64,000 nt of DNA from an uncultured Acidobacteriota bacterium (GTDB taxonomy: Bacteria > Acidobacteriota > Terriglobia > Acidiferrales > UBA7541). The position numbers were made by a program, and so were the translations under genes. Where the stretch lies: positions 161,408-225,407 of the forward strand of contig CAVYXN010000005.1 of the NCBI GenBank assembly GCA_963772535.1, written 5' to 3'. Below the pieces are notes generated by a model. The model had not been told where the DNA came from. It was given only the letters and a program-made list of their open reading frames with translations, and did not search any database. Shown in pieces: positions 53,350 through 64,000 of this stretch. Position 1 is the first letter of the stretch, and each line of letters opens with the position of its first letter.

Positions 53350-55245
53350 GTGAGGCAGCAAAGGATTGCCGCCACAGGCCAACTAAACGTGACTGCTCGC
53401 GATGAAAATCTTGGCAGCGTTTTTGTAGGCGAGAATGCATGCAACTTTCTCCTGTGGGCGCCGCGCGCTCGACGCGTTGAGGTATGCATTGTCGAGCCGA
53501 GAGAGCGTGTGGTTCCCATGCAGGGTGCCGGAGGCGGGTATTTTCACGCTGTGGTGGAAGGCGTTTCAGCTGGTGCGCTCTACCGGTATCGTCTCAATGG
53601 GGAAAAGGAAAGACCCGACCCCGCGTCGCGATATCAGCCGCAAGGCGTTCACGGGCCGTCACAAATCGTAGATAGCCGCTTTCACTGGAACGATTCCGGG
53701 TGGCGTGGCATTCCCCTCGAAAAGTATGTTCTGTACGAACTTCACGTCGGCACATTCACGCCGGAGGGAACCTTCGACGCGATCATCCCGCGGTTAGCAA
53801 GGTTAAAAGATCTCGGAGTGACGGCAATCGAATTGATGCCGGTGGCGCAATTTCCAGGCGATCGCAACTGGGGCTACGACGGAGTCTATCCGTACGCAGT
53901 GCAAGCATCCTATGGCGGCCCTCCCGGACTAAAGCGACTTGTCGATGCCTGTCATCAACAGGGAATCGCAGTGGGGCTCGATGTGGTTTACAACCACCTG
54001 GGCCCGGAAGGAAATTACCTGGCGGACTTCGCTCCTTATTTCACGGATCTTTACAAAACGCCTTGGGGGCGGGCTATTAATTTCGCCGATGCCGAGAGCG
54101 ACGATGTGCGACGCTATTTCTTCGACAATGCGCTGCAATGGGTGGCGGATTACCGCATCGATGCGCTTCGGCTTGATGCCATCCACGCGATTGTTGATTC
54201 CTCCGCGAGAACATTTCTCGAAGAACTGAGCGCAACCGTTCACGCGAAGGCGAAGGAACTCGGACGGAACGTTTACCTGATCCCGGAGGATAATCGTAAC
54301 GATGCGCGAGTGGTGAAATCTCCTGAAATAGGCGGATGGGGATTCGACTCGGTTTGGAATGACGATTTCCACCATTCCTTGCACGTGCTTGTGACAGGCG
54401 AGCGGGATGGCTACTATGAAGATTTTTGTGGAGTAGACGATCTAGCCGGAGCTTATCGAGAAGGCTTCTTATATTCTGGCCGTTATTCCAAATACCGCCG
54501 TAAGCGTTATGGAAGTTCGTCGAAGCACATTCCGGCTGAACGATTCGTGGTCTTTTCGCAGAATCACGATCAGGTCGGAAATCGGCGCGATGGTGACAGG
54601 CTGTCGCAATCGCTGTCTTTCGAGCAGTTGAAGCTTGCCGCAGGGACTGTTCTTCTCTCGCCGTACATTCCTATGTTGTTTATGGGCGAAGAGTACGCCG
54701 AGCCAGCGCCCTTCCAATACTTTGTCAGCCACGAAGACCCGGCTCTAATCGAGGCGGTGCGCGAAGGACGGAAGAAGGAATTTGCAGAATTTGGCTGGGC
54801 TGGAGACATTCCCGATCCTCAGAGTGAGGCAACATTCCTCGGTTGCAAACTGCGCTGGGATTTACAGACCGAAGGGCCGCATCGCATTCTTTGGAATTTC
54901 TATCGAGAACTCCTTCGCTTGCGACGCGATGTATTGCCGCTGGCGAATATTGATAAGGAAGCTATGGAGGTCACGCCGCTCCCCGATCAGAAAGTGCTGT
55001 CGGTCAGGCGGTGGGATGCTGGACTTCAGATCCTTATTATCCATCACTTCGATCAGACTCCAAGAAACGTCAATATGCGAATTCCCACAGGGAGCTGGCG
55101 CCCGATTCTAGATTCGAATGAGGAACGCTGGGGCGGCAAAGGCGGTTCTGGAGATGTGGTGCTCAAGTCAAACGGCGAAGTAGGGCTTTCATTAAACCCC
55201 TGGGCATTTCTCGTTCTCGCGCAAGACACGAAGGTCAGCGAATAA
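53350..55245 (+). CDS. treZ: malto-oligosyltrehalose trehalohydrolase
   Basis: FLLWAPRARRVEV, YRYRLNGEKERPDPASRYQPQGVHGPSQIVD, YELHVGTFT, GVTAIELMPVAQFPG, DALRLDAIHAI, SQNHDQVGNR. The exact GTG start is uncertain. Confidence 0.9.
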   Translation: MRQQRIAATGQLNVTARDENLGSVFVGENACNFLLWAPRARRVEVCIVEPRERVVPMQGAGGGYFHAVVEGVSAGALYRYRLNGEKERPDPASRYQPQGVHGPSQIVDSRFHWNDSGWRGIPLEKYVLYELHVGTFTPEGTFDAIIPRLARLKDLGVTAIELMPVAQFPGDRNWGYDGVYPYAVQASYGGPPGLKRLVDACHQQGIAVGLDVVYNHLGPEGNYLADFAPYFTDLYKTPWGRAINFADAESDDVRRYFFDNALQWVADYRIDALRLDAIHAIVDSSARTFLEELSATVHAKAKELGRNVYLIPEDNRNDARVVKSPEIGGWGFDSVWNDDFHHSLHVLVTGERDGYYEDFCGVDDLAGAYREGFLYSGRYSKYRRKRYGSSSKHIPAERFVVFSQNHDQVGNRRDGDRLSQSLSFEQLKLAAGTVLLSPYIPMLFMGEEYAEPAPFQYFVSHEDPALIEAVREGRKKEFAEFGWAGDIPDPQSEATFLGCKLRWDLQTEGPHRILWNFYRELLRLRRDVLPLANIDKEAMEVTPLPDQKVLSVRRWDAGLQILIIHHFDQTPRNVNMRIPTGSWRPILDSNEERWGGKGGSGDVVLKSNGEVGLSLNPWAFLVLAQDTKVSE

Positions 55246-55331
55246 GGGAAACCCTCCTCCCGGCATCGAATCTCCTCTGCAACGTGTCGAATCTAACCCA
55301 CACCAATGGCCGTTTGCCTTTTCCCCTTGCT

Positions 55332-55373
55332 TACCGAGAGGAGTAGTCGTATGCTTCCTCGGTAACCGAGAGG
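55332..55373. promoter_or_regulatory. candidate operator upstream of padR: direct repeat ACCGAGAGG x2 with an embedded imperfect inverted repeat
   Basis: TACCGAGAGGA (55332-55342) ... TTCCTCGGTAACCGAGAGG (55355-55373), ending 9 nt before the padR TTG start. Confidence 0.3.
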
Positions 55374-55381
55374 GGGGCGCA

Positions 55382-55717
55382 TTGAGCAAACCATCCGATT
55401 TAGTTCAGGGCACGCTGGACATGTTGCTTTTGAAGATCCTTGCACTGGAGCCGCTCAATGGGTTCGCGGTTAGCGAGCGTCTCCGGCAAATTTCGGGCGA
55501 CGTGCTGCAAGTCAGCGATGGTTCGCTTTACCCCGCCCTGCACAAGCTCGAGCAGGAAGGCTGGATTACTGCGGAGTGGAAAACGACGGTGAATGGCCGT
55601 CGCGCGAAATACTATTCGCTTACACGGTTGGGACGCAAGAAACTCGAAAAGGAAACCGACAACTGGGGGCGGCTGTCGAGTGCAATTTCGCGAGTGGTCA
55701 AGCTGAAGGAGGCTTGA
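55382..55717 (+). CDS. PadR family transcriptional regulator
   Basis: LVQGTLDMLLLKILALEPLNGFAV...SDGSLYPALHKLEQEGWI...YYSLTRLGRKKL winged-helix signature. Confidence 0.92.
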   Translation: MSKPSDLVQGTLDMLLLKILALEPLNGFAVSERLRQISGDVLQVSDGSLYPALHKLEQEGWITAEWKTTVNGRRAKYYSLTRLGRKKLEKETDNWGRLSSAISRVVKLKEA

Positions 55718-55744
55718 GCCCGCGAGGGGCGCTAGGAGGCACAC

Positions 55745-58468
55745 ATGCGGCCGAAACATTGGATCTACACAGTTCCTCTCAGGCTGCGTTCGCTATTTCG
55801 CCGGCGCGTGACGGACCAGGAACTCGATGAGGAATTGCAGTATCACCTGGAATGCAGGACGCAGGAAAACATCGCCAGAGGAATGATTCCGCAAGAGGCG
55901 CGGCGTGAGGCGTTGCTCGAGATGGGCGGAGTGGAGAAGCGCAAAGAAGAATGCCGCGAGGCGCGCAAGGTGAATTGGCTTCAGAACGTCACGCAGGACA
56001 TTCGCTACGGTCTTCGCATGCTGCGAAAGTCTCCCGGATTCACGCTCGCGGCTGTCTTGACAATTGCCCTCGGCATCGGAGCGACAACAGCGATTTTCAG
56101 CGTCGTTGATGCCACGCTATTGCATCCACTTCCTTACCCGCATCCGGAGCAGCTCGTGAGCGTCGAGGATGACCTCCCTGGTGTGGGAGCGCAGAGTGTA
56201 GGAATATCTGTTCCCGAGTGGCAGGATTTCGAGCGCTCCGGAATTTTTCAACACGTCTCGCCGATCGGTGGCGGGTCTGTGAACCTCACGGGATCATCCC
56301 AGCCTATGAGGATCTTCTTTGCCGCGGTGCCGCCGAACTATTTTGCGCTGATAGGGGTAAACTCGCAGCTAGGGCGCTCGTTCAATCCCGAAGATCACAC
56401 TCCCGGATTTACTCTCGAATGCCTCATCAGCGACGGTTTGTGGAAGCGAGCGTTTGGAGCCGACCCGCAGATTTTGGGCAGAAGCGTACGGCTCGACAAC
56501 GATTTGTATCAGATCATCGGCGTGATGCCGGCCGGTTATCACGACCCGGGCCGAACAAAGGAAGAAAGAAATACCGAAATGTGGCTGGCAACGGGTTTTG
56601 CCGGCCCACCTGCCCCACTGCCGCAACGCAATTTGAGGATTCTTCCCAACACGATCGCGCGGATCGCTCCGGGGCTGACGGTGAAGACGGCGCAGAGCCG
56701 GCTGGATGCGTTAGTCGCATCGTTGCAAAAGCAATTCCCAGTCGATTATCCGGAGCAGAGCGCATGGATGGTGCGGCTGGTCCCCCTTCAGGAAACGGTG
56801 GTGGGAAATGCCCGCCAGTTGCTAATTCTGCTGCTTGGCGCTGTTGGACTGGTGCTGCTGATTGGGTGCGTGAACGTTGCGAATCTGCTTCTTGCTCGCG
56901 CCAGCGCGAGAGGGCGCGAAATGGCTGTTCGGCAGGCGCTGGGAGCCGCGCGAACGCGGTTGATAGCGCAATTGCTCACCGAAGGCTTGCTCCTCTCGCT
57001 GGTGGGAGGGATCGCCGGACTGGCGATTCTCTTCTGCACCAGGGGATTTCTGGTGCGGCTGGTGCCGGACAGCCTGCCACGACTCAACAACATATCCATC
57101 AATTGGCCTGTTTTGCTTTTTGCGTTCGCAGCCACTATCGCTGCCGGCCTGATTTTCGGCTTGGCTCCTGCGCTGCATATCGGGCGGCCGGATTTGACTC
57201 GTGTGTTCAAACAGGAAGGGCGCGGCTCGACGGGCTCCGGGGAACAGGCGCGCACGCGACGCGTGCTGGTGATCACGGAATTTGCTCTGTCTCTGGTGTT
57301 GATGATTGCCGCGGGTCTTTTGCTCCGCAGTTTTGCGGATTTGTTGAATGTGCGACCGGGCTTCGACTCCCAGAACGTGATGGCCGTTCGCACGTGGCTG
57401 CCTGTGCCAAACGATCCGGACACTGACATTTACGGGACGACCGCTCAGGAGGCGCCGTTCGTACGCGAACTGATTCGCCGCAGCAGGGCCATGCCCGGCG
57501 TGAAAGAAGCAGCCGTCGGTGACCTCGCGGCCATTCCATTAGGCCATGGTCGAAACGATTTAAACCCATACCGGATGACGCTCGAAGGTCGGGAGATTCA
57601 AAGCGAGCAGGCGCCCCTAGTCGAAGTTTCAGAAGTGACTCCAGAATATTTTCATTTGCTGAGCATGCCACTGCAGCGCGGCCGTTTGTTCGCCGAAATG
57701 GATAACGAACAAGCGCCTCCCGTCGCGGTGATTAACGAGTCGTTCGCGCGGACATACTGGCCAGTCGGCGATCCAATCGGCAAACACGTCCAGCTGAACA
57801 GGATGCGCGGCTCCCGAGGGCATCCTCCGTGGACGACAATCGTCGGAGTGATCGCGGACGCTCGAACAGAATCGCTGGCAGAAGAGAGCACGCCACAGAT
57901 TTATCTGAGCTTGTATCAGATGCACCCTAAAGACCTGGCAATATTTTTACGCGGAAAGCTCGATCCCGCCACCACACCCGCCGAGTTGCGGCGGCAGGTG
58001 CAGTCCGTGAATCCCGAGCTTCCGGTTTTTGGCGCACAAACCCTCGCCGAAGCAGTGTCCGCGTCTCTCTCCGAAAGGCGATTTTCGATGGAGATAGTTG
58101 GGCTGTTCGCGCTGACGGCATTGCTTCTGGCAGGGCTCGGAATATACGGAGTAATTTCGTACATCGTAAGCGAGCGTCGCCACGAAATTGGCATTCGCCT
58201 CGCACTCGGAGCACAAAACCGGAACATCCTGCGGATGGTTCTGCGCGAGGGGTTGGGGCTGGCGATTACCGGCGCCGTGATTGGGCTTACTTGCGCGCTG
58301 ATCGTGTCGCGCCTAATGGCAGGCCTGCTTTACGGCGTACGGCCAACTGACCCGCTGACGTTTGCAGGTGTCGCTCTCCTCCTAATCGCTGTTGGTTTGC
58401 TTGCCTGCTACATTCCAGCGCGACGAGCGATGAGGGTCGACCCAATCGTGGCATTGCGCTACGAGTGA
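55745..58468 (+). CDS. duplicated FtsX/MacB-type permease (ADOP: acidobacterial duplicated orphan permease)
   Basis: 907 aa. Characteristic N-terminus (DQELDEELQYHLE...DIRYGLRMLRKSPGFT). Two MacB-periplasmic-plus-FtsX 4-TM modules. Immediately follows padR, as is typical for this family. Confidence 0.88.
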   Translation: MRPKHWIYTVPLRLRSLFRRRVTDQELDEELQYHLECRTQENIARGMIPQEARREALLEMGGVEKRKEECREARKVNWLQNVTQDIRYGLRMLRKSPGFTLAAVLTIALGIGATTAIFSVVDATLLHPLPYPHPEQLVSVEDDLPGVGAQSVGISVPEWQDFERSGIFQHVSPIGGGSVNLTGSSQPMRIFFAAVPPNYFALIGVNSQLGRSFNPEDHTPGFTLECLISDGLWKRAFGADPQILGRSVRLDNDLYQIIGVMPAGYHDPGRTKEERNTEMWLATGFAGPPAPLPQRNLRILPNTIARIAPGLTVKTAQSRLDALVASLQKQFPVDYPEQSAWMVRLVPLQETVVGNARQLLILLLGAVGLVLLIGCVNVANLLLARASARGREMAVRQALGAARTRLIAQLLTEGLLLSLVGGIAGLAILFCTRGFLVRLVPDSLPRLNNISINWPVLLFAFAATIAAGLIFGLAPALHIGRPDLTRVFKQEGRGSTGSGEQARTRRVLVITEFALSLVLMIAAGLLLRSFADLLNVRPGFDSQNVMAVRTWLPVPNDPDTDIYGTTAQEAPFVRELIRRSRAMPGVKEAAVGDLAAIPLGHGRNDLNPYRMTLEGREIQSEQAPLVEVSEVTPEYFHLLSMPLQRGRLFAEMDNEQAPPVAVINESFARTYWPVGDPIGKHVQLNRMRGSRGHPPWTTIVGVIADARTESLAEESTPQIYLSLYQMHPKDLAIFLRGKLDPATTPAELRRQVQSVNPELPVFGAQTLAEAVSASLSERRFSMEIVGLFALTALLLAGLGIYGVISYIVSERRHEIGIRLALGAQNRNILRMVLREGLGLAITGAVIGLTCALIVSRLMAGLLYGVRPTDPLTFAGVALLLIAVGLLACYIPARRAMRVDPIVALRYE

Positions 58469-58536
58469 CGACGCTCAGGCAGAGTTCTACGAAAATCCGT
58501 CAAGGATCGTATCAAGATCTATGAGGGAACGGGCTA

Positions 58537-59694
58537 TCAGCGAGTCGTGAAGTCGACCGTGAGAAGCGAAATATCATCTTTGTGCCCCTCGCCCGGAGGT
58601 TGCTCTAGCCAACGAGCCAATTCAAGGAGTAGTTCGTCCGCGAATGGGCCGGCTTTCAATTTGTTATTTGTTTCCATGAATTTCATCAACCGATCTGTTC
58701 CGAATTCTTCCTGCGCCGGGCTGGTCGTTTCGAGAATTCCGTCGGTGTAGAGAATGAACCTATCGCCGGCCTCGATGGGCACTTGGAGTGAATCGTATGT
58801 GGCTTCCTCGAACTGCCCCATGACCAATCCGTTTTCCAGCAATTGGCTCGCGGCCCCCGTTGATTTGCGCCAGTGCAAGAGCGGCGGGTGGCCTGCCCCT
58901 CCGTAGGTGATTGTATTTTTTTCAAGGTCCACATAAACGTAAGCTGCGGTGACGAAATTATGCTGAAATTTTCCACAAAGGGCCTGGTTCAAACCTGCCA
59001 GGACTTTAGACGGTTCAGAAGCGTGGCGCGCCTGTGCCGTGAGGGCAACCTGCAGCATAGAAGCAATCAGAGCGGCAGGCAGTCCGTGTCCCGAAACGTC
59101 TGCTATCAGGATGCCGATGTGACTTCCGTCGACGACGATAAAGTCGTAAAAATCACCCGCCACCGATGTCATAGGGATGTAGCGCGCCGCAATTTCCATT
59201 CCCGCGATCTTCGGGGTACTGCTCGGCAAAATCGATAACTGAATCTGACGCGCCATTTCCAATTCAGTATTTATTTCCACGAGTTGCTTGGCAATCTGAG
59301 CGTGCGCTTCGCGTAGCATAAGATGCGTGCGCACACGCGCCTTCACGACGGGAGCTGAAAATGGTTTGTGAATGTAGTCAACAGCTCCTACCTCAAATCC
59401 TTTGGTTTCATCTTCCGCCTCGGTCTGGCTGGTAAGGAAAATTACCGGAATATCGCGCGTATCGGGATCTGCTTTCAGGCGGCGGCACACCTCATAGCCG
59501 TCCATTTCCGGCATCATTACATCCAATAAAATCAGGTCCGGTTTATCTTTTCCGGAGGCGATCGCCAGAGCTTTTGCACCGCTCGTTGCCACCTTCGTCG
59601 AGAAAGAGTCTTTCAGAGCGCCGGAAATAACACCAATGTTGATCGGTGTGTCATCAACGATCAAAATCGATTTTGGAATCGAAGTCAGGGACAT
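58537..59694 (-). CDS. response regulator receiver fused to PP2C/SpoIIE serine phosphatase (RsbU-like)
   Basis: ILIVDD...DLILLDVMMPEMDGYE REC domain. AGDFYDF...ADVSGHGLPAAL...ILYTDGILE PP2C motifs. Confidence 0.9.
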   Translation of the reverse strand: MSLTSIPKSILIVDDTPINIGVISGALKDSFSTKVATSGAKALAIASGKDKPDLILLDVMMPEMDGYEVCRRLKADPDTRDIPVIFLTSQTEAEDETKGFEVGAVDYIHKPFSAPVVKARVRTHLMLREAHAQIAKQLVEINTELEMARQIQLSILPSSTPKIAGMEIAARYIPMTSVAGDFYDFIVVDGSHIGILIADVSGHGLPAALIASMLQVALTAQARHASEPSKVLAGLNQALCGKFQHNFVTAAYVYVDLEKNTITYGGAGHPPLLHWRKSTGAASQLLENGLVMGQFEEATYDSLQVPIEAGDRFILYTDGILETTSPAQEEFGTDRLMKFMETNNKLKAGPFADELLLELARWLEQPPGEGHKDDISLLTVDFTTR

Positions 59695-59698
59695 AGTT

Positions 59699-63352
<3,654 letters not shown>

Positions 63353-63631
63353 GAGGGATGCACTCCAACCGCTCTTTTGCGCGATATCTCTGAATCGGGA
63401 AACGCTACAAAATCATGTGATCCAATAATCGACCGCAGTCAAAACGCTCTGGGTCGATGGTCGGTTTAGCGCGATCAGGACGTAAACGCAGATTATATGG
63501 GAAATGACCTCCCGGCATACCGTCATTACTACCGGTCACACGGGTTATGCGCCTGCAATGGACACTCAGCGGGAGCAATATCATAAGTGTCCGGAACACA
63601 AGTATATCTATTAAGGAATCCTGGCTTGCGT

Positions 63632-63687
63632 CCGATTAGAAATCACGTTAAACCGTTACGAGTCTGCAGCTTGCAAATTCTAATCGG
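63632..63687. repeat. inverted pair of the CGATTAGAA motif (CCGATTAGAA-N36-TTCTAATCGG)
   Basis: Perfect 10-nt arms at 63632-63641 and 63678-63687, in the gap upstream of the kinase gene. Same core as the 39.6-kb repeats. Confidence 0.6.
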
Positions 63688-63774
63688 CAGCAAAGGCTTG
63701 CGCAGCCTGATGCCACTCCACTGAGTGATCAGGCTTGGAACGTTGCCGACTACTTTGGGACGCGAGCAAAAAAA

Positions 63775-64000
63775 TCAACGCAAGGTCTTTAGCAAATCCA
63801 GCACGACGACCTTGAGAGGGATCTGGGCAAGAATCACAGGCAGCGCTGGAATTGCCACAGCGGCGGCGAGACCATAGAGCGATCCCATGTCCGCAGGGAA
63901 AGGTTTCAACTGTACGATCTCTTGATAGCTCTTCGCAAAATTAGCGAGAGCGGTGCTCTCGGGAGCCTGAAGAAATTCGCGTTCGTGTCCAGTGCGATGC
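63775..64000 (-). CDS. 3' end of a CDS whose start lies beyond the window; unknown function, C-terminal hydrophobic helix
   Basis: Reverse frame is open from the window edge to TGA at 63775-63777. Encodes ...FAKSYQEIVQLKPFPADMGSLYGLAAAVAIPALPVILAQIPLKVVVLDLLKTLR. Not in the ORF track because no start lies in the window. Confidence 0.45.
   Translation of the reverse strand, partial: HRTGHEREFLQAPESTALANFAKSYQEIVQLKPFPADMGSLYGLAAAVAIPALPVILAQIPLKVVVLDLLKTLR

Overview
High-GC bacterial chromosomal window, densely coding, with about 44 protein genes. I found no rRNA, tRNA, CRISPR array, transposase, integrase or phage genes. A PadR regulator directly followed by a ~900-aa duplicated FtsX-type 'ADOP' permease suggests Acidobacteriota (Terriglobia-like); this is an inference only.

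Layout:
(1) 1-12.8 kb: glycan/EPS locus. It holds an AsnB-type amidotransferase, carbamoyltransferase 1, a GT4, an epimerase, a WecA-like initiating transferase, a geranylgeranyl-reductase-like flavoprotein, carbamoyltransferase 2, Ugd and a convergent UDP-xylose synthase.
(2) 12.9-22.7 kb: unrelated housekeeping and signalling genes. These are a SnoaL-like protein, the Lhr helicase, an MBL-hydrolase/PilZ fusion, CzcD, a secreted protein, a Cys-rich mini-protein and a STAS protein.
(3) 22.9-28.7 kb: second glycan module (methyltransferase, GT2, GT1-like, carbamoyltransferase 3, methyltransferase).
(4) 28.8-37 kb: secreted hydrolases (amidohydrolase, S9 peptidase, tandem M42), a TPR protein and a deoxynucleoside kinase.
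(5) 37-39.5 kb: ABC-2 exporter, followed by a ~700-bp non-coding island rich in repeats and hairpins.
(6) 40.2-43.4 kb: tandem USP, Zn-ADH and a dihaem cytochrome c.
(7) 43.7-55.2 kb: GlgE alpha-glucan pathway operon (glgE-glgB-treS/mak plus two uncharacterised genes) divergent from treZ.
(8) 55.4-63.4 kb: PadR-ADOP pair and a hybrid histidine kinase / REC-PP2C phosphatase pair.

I did not find one clear-cut new system. The best leads are:
- three NodU/CmcH-type carbamoyltransferase paralogues spread over two glycan modules, one with altered catalytic motifs;
- two glycan genes whose conserved N-termini lie upstream of any canonical start codon;
- a compensated double frameshift inside a methyltransferase;
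- an MBL-PilZ fusion;
- a signal-peptide-bearing tandem M42 peptidase with a degenerate first copy;
- an unlisted 28-codon membrane mini-ORF upstream of the cytochrome c gene;
- a dispersed CGATTAGAA repeat family;
- two extra genes in the GlgE operon.

All homology calls were made by eye from motifs. No searches were run.
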